From a virus (lineage: Duplodnaviria > Heunggongvirae > Uroviricota > Caudoviricetes), in IMG/VR virus record IMGVR_UViG_3300028025_001180: a stretch of 50,826 nucleotides of DNA. One strand, given 5' to 3'. Under the pieces are notes generated by a model. The model had not been told where the DNA came from and searched no databases. It saw only the letters and a program-made list of their open reading frames with translations. A program made the position numbers and the translations under genes. Of the stretch, positions 35,428 through 43,760 are shown in pieces. Each line of letters starts with the position of its first letter. Positions within the stretch are counted from its first letter, which is position 1.

Positions 35428-36156
35428 TTATCCTATTTGTGTTACTGTTAAAATTGTTGATGGTATATCTGGATGAACAGGAGCAACTCCTACAGGTTCG
35501 TATGCAAGTGTTACAGCATTATCCACGTTACTATCTATGTGCCAAGCCAGTTGAAATGTATTTCCTGCACCAGCATCTACTAAGAAGTTCCAAGCAGCTA
35601 CAATATATACAGAGTTACCTGGGAATGATATATAACTAGCAGAAGATGGCACATCTACACCATTTTTTCTTAACCATATTGTTGCTCTTGTAGCACTGTT
35701 ACCAGTTGTACTTACCATTTGAGCACTAAATTGTATATTATATTTTCCAGCATTTGCTACAGTGATTAATGTAGGATTACTAGAACCATCGTTTGTTATA
35801 CTTACACCATTACTCAAATCTGTATTACCAAACTTCATAAACAATACAGTAGCACGTGGTCCAGTTTGATCAGTTACATCATAAAACGAACCATAATAAA
35901 GACTAGATGCTCCACTAACACCAGATGTACCAGAAAACCCTGTTGTACCTGATGTTCCTGCTGCTCCACTTGTGCCTGATGTTCCAAAGGTAGCTCCACT
36001 AGTACCACTAGAGCCTGTAGCTCCTGATGTACCTGATGAACCAGATCCAGAAGAACCACAACCTATTACACAACCTATCCCTTCTATCTGTTTAGAGATT
36101 TCCCACAACAAGTTGTCAGTTGTGCCCCAGCCTATTTGTCTACTTGGTATAGCCAT
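35428..36156 (-). CDS. A-family protein: MAIPSRQIGW domain, collagen-like G-X-X linker, C1q/BclA-like head (putative virion spike)
   Basis: (GTS/GAT/GSS)n run, then YYGSFYD...ITV.NAG.YNIQFSAQ...IWLRKNG.DV...AWNF. Confidence 0.75.
   Translation of the reverse strand: MAIPSRQIGWGTTDNLLWEISKQIEGIGCVIGCGSSGSGSSGTSGATGSSGTSGATFGTSGTSGAAGTSGTTGFSGTSGVSGASSLYYGSFYDVTDQTGPRATVLFMKFGNTDLSNGVSITNDGSSNPTLITVANAGKYNIQFSAQMVSTTGNSATRATIWLRKNGVDVPSSASYISFPGNSVYIVAAWNFLVDAGAGNTFQLAWHIDSNVDNAVTLAYEPVGVAPVHPDIPSTILTVTQIG
35902..36057 (-). repeat. Gly-X-X (GTS-type) low-complexity repeat
   Basis: GSSGTSGATGSSGTSGATFGTSGTSGAAGTSGTTGFSGTSGVSGASS. Confidence 0.8.
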
Positions 36157-36163
36157 AATTTAA

Positions 36164-36193
36164 CAAAGATATGTTACTTTTTAATATTAACAA
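36164..36193 (-). promoter_or_regulatory. Bacteroidota promoter of A-A'-GT-B'-B operon
   Basis: minus strand TTG-N19-TATCTTTG, 7 nt upstream of the ATG at 36156. Confidence 0.7.
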
Positions 36194-36249
36194 TGACTGT
36201 CAATAATTTACAATAACAATTTTAATTATAAGTGTTTTAACTTTTTTAG

Positions 36250-37458
36250 TTATAAATTTACCTTGCTTCCCACCACTGCAAAGAACAACATTGGTATGCT
36301 AGGATTTGTGCTAACACTAGTCTTTAGTCCTGTGTTAAACTTGAATCTTTTTGTAATTGAGTAGTCCATATTGAAGCCTGTAAGGAACATCATATCTTCA
36401 CTTATTTCAAAGGTGTTGTCCTTTATTCCATATGTTACAGGGCTCCCAGAGATATATAGGTCAGGAGATATGGTCAGTCTTTTGTTTATAGTGAAAGGTT
36501 TTGTGTAAAACACTAACAATGAATGAGTTGTAGTGAACTGTTGTTCTGACTTCTGAATACTCACTGTAGCGTTTATGCCTGTCACTCCCCACTTTCCTAG
36601 TGGATATATTTGTGCATAGGTGAGGAAACCAAATGTGTTTCCAAATGCATGCACCAATGTAGCACCACTATTATCTATTCTATATAGTTTACCTTCATCG
36701 AAGTTCATTTTGGTATAGCGTCCACTAAGAGCAAACTGTTGAAGATTGCTCCATACCATTCCTGTGAGTCCCCAGCTTACATCTCCAGCCATGGATGTCT
36801 GTGATATACCTGATGTAACTATGAGCTGTACTGAGTTATCTAATGTTTGTCCTGCTGTAAGATCAGAGTTAAATAGTATAGGGTTCATTTTAGCTTGACC
36901 TTTTGCTCCCCCTTTACCACCTGACTTACCCCCTCCCCCCTTGCTTTCAGATTTGCTTTCTGATTTAGATTCTCCTGAAGAACTTTCAGAAGAGCTAGAC
37001 TCAGAACTTCCTCCTCCACCTCCACCACCACTGTCTCCTCCTGAGCTTGTAACAGATCCACTAGCACTTGATGCTGCAGCACCTGCAGCTGAGCTAGCAG
37101 CAGAAGAGGCAGCTGAACTTACAGCCCCACTAACAGCACCACTTACAGCTGATGAGACAGCAGTTGCTGTAACAATTGTAGCAGTTTGTGCTGCTTGAGC
37201 CACTGAGCACGCAGAAAACTTTTTATATTCTTCGAAAGCTTGACTGATCCAGGCTTGAAGAGCCCCACTATATACATCACTAGCTGTAAAACTTTTAGAT
37301 TTATTATAAATAACAATAGTGGTAGAACCAGTAATAGGTATACTAAAGACACTTGTAACTTTTGTACAAGGATCTGTCCAAGTTTGTATAATGGTTTGAG
37401 AATACCCATATAATGGTAGTATAACTACTGTTATTAGAATAAATATAAACTGTTTCAT
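36250..37458 (-). CDS. putative outer-membrane beta-barrel protein with N-terminal S/A/G linker
   Basis: SPI signal (..LYGYS|Q), small Cys domain, long S/A/G-rich linker, alternating amphipathic strands to the C-terminal VGSKVNL. Confidence 0.65.
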   Translation of the reverse strand: MKQFIFILITVVILPLYGYSQTIIQTWTDPCTKVTSVFSIPITGSTTIVIYNKSKSFTASDVYSGALQAWISQAFEEYKKFSACSVAQAAQTATIVTATAVSSAVSGAVSGAVSSAASSAASSAAGAAASSASGSVTSSGGDSGGGGGGGSSESSSSESSSGESKSESKSESKGGGGKSGGKGGAKGQAKMNPILFNSDLTAGQTLDNSVQLIVTSGISQTSMAGDVSWGLTGMVWSNLQQFALSGRYTKMNFDEGKLYRIDNSGATLVHAFGNTFGFLTYAQIYPLGKWGVTGINATVSIQKSEQQFTTTHSLLVFYTKPFTINKRLTISPDLYISGSPVTYGIKDNTFEISEDMMFLTGFNMDYSITKRFKFNTGLKTSVSTNPSIPMLFFAVVGSKVNL

Positions 37459-38171
37459 TACTTTGTGAAGATACCTTTCTTCACCATTCTATCCAAGATT
37501 CTAGCACAAGCAATATCTAGAGCCTTCTTTGTAGCAATAGATATAGTTGATTGATTAAATTTTACAGGATCTAGACTTGCGTCTGACAATCCTGAAGTTT
37601 CTTTAGTTGTTTTAGCATCTCCTAATCCAGAGCCAGAGAACACAACACCTGTCTCAGCATCTGTAAACCTCACCTGAAGACCAATGCGTGTCACCATAAG
37701 CTGGCTTGTTGCTAGCTTTGAGCTCACTGTTTCATCTTCAGAGATAGAATAGTCATAGCATTCAATAGTAACAAAGTATTTAGCTAAGTTTATCTTACCA
37801 CGTCCATCTAGTTTGTTCTCAGATATTCCAGCAGCTGATGCTTGGAACTGCTTTACCATTCTGTTCTTAATCTCAGTCTTATCTTCAGTGAACTTAAATC
37901 TATTTAGGTTCTCTAAGTATTCCATAGATATATTAGCCACCCCTAATCCTACACGCTTCTCTTTAAGCTCAGGATACATTTCATACATTTCATCTGATAT
38001 ACCACACTTCAGGATTTGGATAGGAATTTGAGGTCCTTCGTAATCCAGGAAGTCAGAAATGTCAATAGACTTCTCAAAGCTAGCTTTATACTGCTCTGTA
38101 GAAGTCTTTGCCAATTGACTATTTACTGCTCCAGAGAACAGTAAACAGCCTATAAGAATTAAATATTTCAT
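37458..38171 (-). CDS. csgG: CsgG/HfaB-like periplasmic/outer-membrane protein
   Basis: SPI signal (AVNS|Q), G.GVA......L....RF, AKYFV...YDY, GLQVRF.D.ETG.V...G.G, C-terminal helix ATKKALD.A. Confidence 0.65.
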   Translation of the reverse strand: MKYLILIGCLLFSGAVNSQLAKTSTEQYKASFEKSIDISDFLDYEGPQIPIQILKCGISDEMYEMYPELKEKRVGLGVANISMEYLENLNRFKFTEDKTEIKNRMVKQFQASAAGISENKLDGRGKINLAKYFVTIECYDYSISEDETVSSKLATSQLMVTRIGLQVRFTDAETGVVFSGSGLGDAKTTKETSGLSDASLDPVKFNQSTISIATKKALDIACARILDRMVKKGIFTK

Positions 38172-38770
38172 TATTCTTTGATTTTACCACAGTGAATACA
38201 CTCATAGTCTCCATCATGATCTACATCTGCAAACACATGATCACATTGTCTGTGAGCTTTGATTTCATGTTCAAGCTTAAGTTTCTCCATCTCTTGCTCA
38301 TGTTCTTGCTCATCAATCTCAAGAGCTTGTCTGTGCTCTTGTTCATCACGAGCGATCTCATGCTTTTGTTTATTCTCTGTAACAGCTAAGTCTCTAGCTG
38401 CAGCAGCACCTTGGACAAATGCATCAGGGATAGTTGGAGCTACAGGTTTATTGCTCTCTTTCATGTCATTGGTGTGAGACAGTGTAGTACCATCTTCCTC
38501 ATCCATCTTCTGTACAAGCATCTTATCTTTGTCAGTATCACTAAACCAGTAGTCTATAATCTTACCATAGCTACCAATGAAGGCACCTAACATCAATAGT
38601 AATAACTCCTTCCATTCTGCAGCAGCAGAAATGTTATTGTTAAGAGCCATGAATATACCAGCTATAATTAATATAAATGATCCTAATACTAAGGCAGTGA
38701 TATACCACCTACGTAACATCATTGATCCTAAAAGTTCTTTAAAACCTGAAGGCTGTTGAGGCTTGTCCAT
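38171..38770 (-). CDS. two-TM membrane protein with coiled coil and C-terminal CxxC
   Basis: TM pair ending GAFIGSYGKIIDYWF, E/Q/H-rich heptads, CDHVF...CIHCG. Confidence 0.75.
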   Translation of the reverse strand: MDKPQQPSGFKELLGSMMLRRWYITALVLGSFILIIAGIFMALNNNISAAAEWKELLLLMLGAFIGSYGKIIDYWFSDTDKDKMLVQKMDEEDGTTLSHTNDMKESNKPVAPTIPDAFVQGAAAARDLAVTENKQKHEIARDEQEHRQALEIDEQEHEQEMEKLKLEHEIKAHRQCDHVFADVDHDGDYECIHCGKIKE

Positions 38771-38871
38771 ATGTTTGCAATTGTTTCTTGGTTATTTTTT
38801 ACTAGCTCAGCTTTCTTTACACCAGATCTCCTAGATCTTTGAGCTTTTGGTTTGTTTTTCTTCTGTGCCAT
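38728..38871 (-). CDS. small basic protein (not in ORF track)
   Basis: 47 aa MAQKKNKPKAQRSRRSGVKK...; starts 3 nt after the upstream stop and overlaps the next gene. Confidence 0.45.
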   Translation of the reverse strand: MAQKKNKPKAQRSRRSGVKKAELVKNNQETIANIWTSLNSLQVLKNF

Positions 38872-38874
38872 GGC

Positions 38875-39177
38875 TTACCATTTTGGAGCTTCTTCTTTAA
38901 ACTCATCTCCTTCTTTCTTCTTTACAGGAGCAGGTTTAGCTGCAGCTTCTTTTTCTTTAATGATGACAGTCTTACCACCACCTGCAGCTTGTTGTTGAGT
39001 TTGTGAGTTAGTAATGTTAATTACTGGAGCTGCTTGTTGTACAGGAGCAGCTTCATCACCACCTCCTGTTAATTTATTAGTTACAAAGCCACCTACACCT
39101 AGTGTAACTGTGCTTACTAACGTTATGATAATTCCTTTAAAGGATTTACCAGTTGATTCTTCTTGTTCTTCTGCCAT
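38875..39177 (-). CDS. single-pass membrane protein with A/Q/P/K linker
   Basis: TM IIITLVSTVTLGVGGFV, low-complexity tail ending PKW. Confidence 0.8.
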   Translation of the reverse strand: MAEEQEESTGKSFKGIIITLVSTVTLGVGGFVTNKLTGGGDEAAPVQQAAPVINITNSQTQQQAAGGGKTVIIKEKEAAAKPAPVKKKEGDEFKEEAPKW

Positions 39178-39182
39178 GTTAA

Positions 39183-39539
39183 TTATTTTTTAATAGTTAT
39201 TTGACGTTTGTATTCTTTACCAAAGATATCAATAAGTGTAACTGTGTAGTCTCCAGAATTAACATCTGAGTAGTCTAACTTCTTGATTACCATATTGTTA
39301 TCAGCTGTAAATCCTGTAGCATATTTAACATCTCCCTTTAGATCAATTAACTGAATAGCATATTTAGCCCCTTCAGTTACACTTAATGTAAGTGTTATTG
39401 GTCCCTTTGTTATCACTGGTTCCACTCTCTCAATAGCTGTGGAGGTAGCTATCTTACCCAAGCTAATCTCAGGTGTTGGTTGCACTTTTGTACAACTTGA
39501 TATTATAAAAACGATACAGCAGATTATTATATTTCTCAT
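39183..39539 (-). CDS. lipoprotein consisting mostly of a T9SS C-terminal sorting domain-like fold
   Basis: lipobox IISS-C16; IQLIDLKGDVK...KLDYSDVNSGDYTVTL...KRQITIKK matches the T9SS type A CTD pattern. Confidence 0.65.
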   Translation of the reverse strand: MRNIIICCIVFIISSCTKVQPTPEISLGKIATSTAIERVEPVITKGPITLTLSVTEGAKYAIQLIDLKGDVKYATGFTADNNMVIKKLDYSDVNSGDYTVTLIDIFGKEYKRQITIKK

Positions 39540-39540
39540 A

Positions 39541-41238
39541 TTAAAAGTTGTTATATCCTGTTAATTTAATTTGTGTTGTGTTCAAGTTGATTCCTAATTG
39601 GTTACCAGACATATCTGAAGCATCCATGTTAGAAGTTACTTTGATATATGAGTTGATGTTTAATCCATTTTGTAATGTAGAAAACAAAACTTTGAATGGT
39701 ATACCTTTTGTGTAAGGAGTTTTTAATTCTTTATCTACAGCTCCAAATTTAATTCTGCCTGGTCCACGTGAAGCAAACACTAACCACACTGGTACATCTG
39801 TTGTAACAGATTCAAACTTCACTTTGGTTGGGTCATATACAAACTCAAACTGTAGTCCTGATAAGTTAGCACCTTTGCCATCTACAGCAACTGGTACAGT
39901 GAATTCATTACTAGTAACAGTGATGTTATTCAAATTCACATCTATAGATGTAATAGGGTTAGGTGTATTCACAGCTGATGATTTTACACTAAATGATTGT
40001 ATTGTTCCATCAGGTTTAACTACCTGTGAGCTATGTGATCTATTAATGTCTCCAGGAATTAAGTACTTAAGGTTTAAATCTTGAGCCACTGTAGATGTCT
40101 TAAATCTAGTTCCATATAAGTTAGCTTCCTTCCAATATGCTGGTGTTAATGTGTCGTATTCACTATCCAATAACATAGGAATATTATACAATGTTTGACC
40201 AGGTGTAGCTTTTACCACTGTATCAACTCCAATCACTTGTGCAAATAAAGCTGTAACATCATTACCATCAAATGCTTTGTTCATTATAATGTCAGAAGCA
40301 ATCCAGCTAGCTCCTGTCTTTATGTTTACATTATTAAACGTACCATCTAAGTTCTGTTTAATAAACTCATTTTGAGCTGCTGTATAATCAGAGATGGTCA
40401 CAGCTTTATTTAAGTAAGAAGGTATACTATCTGTAGGTATTGTAGCAAACACATTATATACAGTGTTAGGAGTTAGTTCAGATCCCAAGAAGAATGTACC
40501 ATTGTTTGCTGGTACCATTTGTGCTTTGACAATACCTGTAGCTGAATCTACAAACATTATTTTAGGAACTATACCATTTATATCTACGTATCCATTTACT
40601 AATGCATTAGAACTAGGTATAGGTGTTATCCAAGAATTGCGAGGCTTAGGCATAAATACTGTAGACAAATTGTTATACTGATTAGTATAAGCTTGTGCAG
40701 CATTAAAGTATACAGAGTCATAAGCAAATCCTGCACTTACATTAACCACTTTAAATCTTAAATATGCAAGATCACCATCTACAAGATTAGCAGTAGAAGC
40801 AGTGTTAATCCATATACGATTAATAGCTTTGTTAGAGGACTGGTTATAATTGTATTGAGCATAGTTGAAATTTGTGAGACCATTTGTAGTTGTGTTGTTT
40901 GGATTCTTTACAAACGTATATCCAGGATAGTACTGGTTTTGGAACGTAGCTGTAGCTCCTTGAGGAAGAGCGGAACCTTGATTACCTGCTTTTGGAAACA
41001 CAATGTCTATAAAACTAATAGCAGTGTATTGGTGTTCAAAGTCTAAGTAGAAAGATCTTGCTGAAGAACCATTATTCTTATAAGCAAGAGCTAACTGCAC
41101 TGTATCTCCTTTTGCAATCACCCCACCACGTATATCAACGTTTTGTTCTGTAGGTGTGAGCCTTAGTTCTGTTATTTGTCCGTAAGAAAATGTTACAATT
41201 ATTTGAAAAATTGTAACAAAAAATAATAGTTTATTCAT
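39541..41238 (-). CDS. secreted cohesin-domain protein with dockerin-like middle segment
   Basis: SPI signal (FSYG|Q); N-terminal cohesin-like KGDTVQL..FYLDFE; AVTISD...IASD...FDGND; C-terminal cohesin VPV.V....LSGLQFEFVYDP.KVKF. Confidence 0.7.
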   Translation of the reverse strand: MNKLLFFVTIFQIIVTFSYGQITELRLTPTEQNVDIRGGVIAKGDTVQLALAYKNNGSSARSFYLDFEHQYTAISFIDIVFPKAGNQGSALPQGATATFQNQYYPGYTFVKNPNNTTTNGLTNFNYAQYNYNQSSNKAINRIWINTASTANLVDGDLAYLRFKVVNVSAGFAYDSVYFNAAQAYTNQYNNLSTVFMPKPRNSWITPIPSSNALVNGYVDINGIVPKIMFVDSATGIVKAQMVPANNGTFFLGSELTPNTVYNVFATIPTDSIPSYLNKAVTISDYTAAQNEFIKQNLDGTFNNVNIKTGASWIASDIIMNKAFDGNDVTALFAQVIGVDTVVKATPGQTLYNIPMLLDSEYDTLTPAYWKEANLYGTRFKTSTVAQDLNLKYLIPGDINRSHSSQVVKPDGTIQSFSVKSSAVNTPNPITSIDVNLNNITVTSNEFTVPVAVDGKGANLSGLQFEFVYDPTKVKFESVTTDVPVWLVFASRGPGRIKFGAVDKELKTPYTKGIPFKVLFSTLQNGLNINSYIKVTSNMDASDMSGNQLGINLNTTQIKLTGYNNF

Positions 41239-41696
41239 TATAGTAGTTTGTTAATCAATGAGTTACATGCTTTCTTTAAAGCTGTGGATAGATTCTGTTG
41301 GTTAAATTTACCTCCCTCATCTATCAATAAGGTGGACATACTTGTCTCATCTGCAGACTCTTCTATGAGAGCCTTCTTAATCACCTTACCATTTTCATCA
41401 ATGATAGTTCCATATAATCTGATAACTACTGACTCTTTGTTCTTATGCATCACAGAAAAACTAGACTGTGTTTTCAATACGTCTAAGTAGACAATATCAA
41501 TATCTAATCTTTTGTTTGAGTTGTGATCAATGTCATAGTTTTTATCCTGTAGGATTTCTTCTACAATGTTCTTTACACCAAACTCTAGTTTGCGATTGCC
41601 TGCAACAGCACCAATCTTCACCTTATTGGTAACATTACCAATAGCTATAGATGGTGTTTGCCACCACAGTGATAATATTAATAATAGATGTATCAT
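41238..41696 (-). CDS. second CsgG/LptE-like alpha-beta protein
   Basis: N-terminal hydrophobic anchor, FGVKNIVEE.L, C-terminal LSTALKKAC helix parallel to 37458..38171. Confidence 0.55.
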   Translation of the reverse strand: MIHLLLILSLWWQTPSIAIGNVTNKVKIGAVAGNRKLEFGVKNIVEEILQDKNYDIDHNSNKRLDIDIVYLDVLKTQSSFSVMHKNKESVVIRLYGTIIDENGKVIKKALIEESADETSMSTLLIDEGGKFNQQNLSTALKKACNSLINKLL

Positions 41697-41698
41697 TG

Positions 41699-41827
41699 TT
41701 ATCTGCCCTGTCTGTTGTAAGGTTTAGTTGCTTTGTCCTTAGGACCTTTAAACTTTTGTGCTTTACCACCTTTGCGTTTTCCAAATGTGATCTTTTTAGC
41801 ACTTGCTGCTCCTTTTGCTTTTGCCAT
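41699..41827 (-). CDS. highly basic peptide (not in ORF track)
   Basis: 42 aa MAKAKGAASAKKITFGKRKGGKAQKFKGPKDKATKPYNRQGR fills the intergenic gap. Confidence 0.7.
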   Translation of the reverse strand: MAKAKGAASAKKITFGKRKGGKAQKFKGPKDKATKPYNRQGR

Positions 41828-41833
41828 GTTGGT

Positions 41834-42433
41834 TTATGTTAATAGTGAAAAATACTCTTTGAAATGCTTGATACGATCAGCAAGACCAATTGTACCACCA
41901 TTTACTCTCTTAGTAATCATTGTCACAGCAGCATCTGTAGCTCCTGTATCTGCAATCTTATTCAATCCATTCTTACTCCAGAACCAAGCAGCTGATGCTA
42001 ATGCAAACTCTGTAGCTACAAGATCAGGAGTCTCTTCAATTGGTTTGCCTATAGACTTACCAAACGCTGTATAGTTATCACGTCCAGTTAATTGAATGTA
42101 TCCTCTACCTCTAAACTTAAAGCCATCACCACTAGCTTCATTACCATTACCCATTCTACCACCATACACTCTATTAGCAATCTTCTGTGGTTTCTTAGCA
42201 TAGTCTAAAGCAATAGCTTCACTAGGGAAGTATTTCTTGAATATACCCTGCAGACCTTTGGCTGAGTAGTTTAGGTTTTCATTAGTGATTCTAAATCCAC
42301 CAGACTCGTGACCACATTGTGCTAGGAAATGAGACAAGCGTAGGGGTGTATTCACTCCAAACTTATCTTGTATCCCAGGTATTTGTTCAATCACTTTATC
42401 TGGTACGTGACCTTTTAATTTATTTAGATCCAT
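41834..42433 (-). CDS. endolysin, glycoside hydrolase family 19
   Basis: HFLAQCGHESGGF, ENLNYSA, YGGRMGN, FRGRGYIQLTGRDNY, SAAWFW, KRVNGG. Confidence 0.93.
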   Translation of the reverse strand: MDLNKLKGHVPDKVIEQIPGIQDKFGVNTPLRLSHFLAQCGHESGGFRITNENLNYSAKGLQGIFKKYFPSEAIALDYAKKPQKIANRVYGGRMGNGNEASGDGFKFRGRGYIQLTGRDNYTAFGKSIGKPIEETPDLVATEFALASAAWFWSKNGLNKIADTGATDAAVTMITKRVNGGTIGLADRIKHFKEYFSLLT

Positions 42434-42599
42434 CTTTTTTCTTTTTGGTAGGTTTTTTCTTAGGTTTACTTTTAGGTTTAACTTCTTGAGGTTCTACCTT
42501 ATATAAAGCTTCTTCTATTTGTTTGTCTATTTTCTCAACAGATTTAACATGTTCTTCACGTTTAGCAAACAATGACTTAATAAATAATAAAATGTTCAT
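42420..42599 (-). CDS. small protein with K/P-rich tail (not in ORF track)
   Basis: 59 aa MNILLFIKSLFAKREE...KPKKKPTKKKKDGSK between the lysis genes. Confidence 0.65.
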   Translation of the reverse strand: MNILLFIKSLFAKREEHVKSVEKIDKQIEEALYKVEPQEVKPKSKPKKKPTKKKKDGSK

Positions 42600-42600
42600 G

Positions 42601-43200
42601 TTATTTGATTTTCCAATAAGAACTTATGCCATAGTTTAATTGACTACCTATGGTTGAGCCCACGTTGAATCCAACGATTTTATCTTTCTTAGACTTGTAA
42701 AGAATGCCAAGATGAGCACCTGTTACACCTAAGGTTTGGTTACCTTGTACACCACCACCAAAGAACAATGCTGCTTTAGGAGGAGCATAGTTTGTAATAG
42801 TGTTAGTGATAGTTATTGTAGGAATCTTATAGTTAGATCTTACAGAACGTCCTTTGATATTGTTCTGGTTTACAGTGTCTGTAATAGCTACATAACCAAG
42901 AGTGTCCAGTCTAATTGTATCTTTAAACTCTACAAGAGCCATATACTTACTTAACAAATCCTTATACTGAGCTAAAAGCTTAGGGTAGTTTGTGTCAGCA
43001 ATATACTCTGGAGGAGTGGCAACAGTATCATGTAACACTTTGCCTTTCAATGTTTTATAAATAGTTGTGTCATGTACAGACCAACTTGTATCATGTACAG
43101 TCACTGTATCAGACTTTTGATGTCTAGGACTGCAACCATTCTTAGAGAAGGCTACATAAAGCACTAAGACAACTATTATACCAGTTAATAATTTATTCAT
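42601..43200 (-). CDS. membrane-anchored lysis accessory (spanin-like candidate)
   Basis: N-terminal TM with NGC, repeated HDT/.DT motifs, C-terminal amphipathic strands ending YWKIK; lies between holin and endolysin. Confidence 0.5.
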   Translation of the reverse strand: MNKLLTGIIVVLVLYVAFSKNGCSPRHQKSDTVTVHDTSWSVHDTTIYKTLKGKVLHDTVATPPEYIADTNYPKLLAQYKDLLSKYMALVEFKDTIRLDTLGYVAITDTVNQNNIKGRSVRSNYKIPTITITNTITNYAPPKAALFFGGGVQGNQTLGVTGAHLGILYKSKKDKIVGFNVGSTIGSQLNYGISSYWKIK

Positions 43201-43435
43201 TACCTTTTGTTTTATTTATCCACTTGTCTACAGATGCTATACCAAAACAAGCTATTGTTAATATCTTGAATGAGTCAAATATAAACTCATTAACTAACAG
43301 TGGTTTGTTCATAGCCCCTGTAACAATATCTGCTACAGCAAATATGATCATCATAACAAAAGCTGCAAATCCAATTACAGCCTTCTCATTGATGGAATTA
43401 TTGTCATCAAATAGATCAGAAAAGAATTTCTTCAT
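43193..43435 (-). CDS. putative holin (2 TM)
   Basis: 80 aa, two TM segments, charged C-terminus, in the lysis cassette. Confidence 0.65.
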   Translation of the reverse strand: MKKFFSDLFDDNNSINEKAVIGFAAFVMMIIFAVADIVTGAMNKPLLVNEFIFDSFKILTIACFGIASVDKWINKTKGNE

Positions 43436-43745
43436 TTTGTTTGTTTTTAATTATTGTTCTAGTATTAGGTAGGATGGCAAATGTTTCAAACATTAACTCT
43501 TTATCATGCTCATTAAAAGGCATAGAAGCTGTTCTCTTATATACAAGTCTTTCTAGATTATCTATACGTGTCTTGTCTACATTAGATTGAGCCATTAAGG
43601 CTTTGACATCTGACTTTACCTCAGCTAAGTCATCTTTGATGTCTTTTAACATCATACCAGCAAATATCCCAATGATTGTAACCACACCAGGGAATAGCCA
43701 GTTTTTAATTTCTGCAATAACAGAACTCTGTTGTTTTGTCGTCAT
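43416..43745 (-). CDS. single-TM coiled-coil protein (holin/antiholin-like)
   Basis: likely start MTTKQQ at 43745; TM WLFPGVVTIIGIFAGMML followed by heptads. Confidence 0.7.
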   Translation of the reverse strand: MTTKQQSSVIAEIKNWLFPGVVTIIGIFAGMMLKDIKDDLAEVKSDVKALMAQSNVDKTRIDNLERLVYKRTASMPFNEHDKELMFETFAILPNTRTIIKNKQNEEILF

Positions 43746-43760
43746 TATAATAAGTTGTAG

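Noticed and set aside
39221-39228. Intragenic TAnnTTTG matches (also 7473, 50076)
   Set aside because: No -33 TTG at the right spacing and located within CDSs.
39760-39775. TGGTCCACGTGAAGCA, 14/16 to parS
   Set aside because: Inside a CDS, and both mismatches break the palindrome arms; probably chance.
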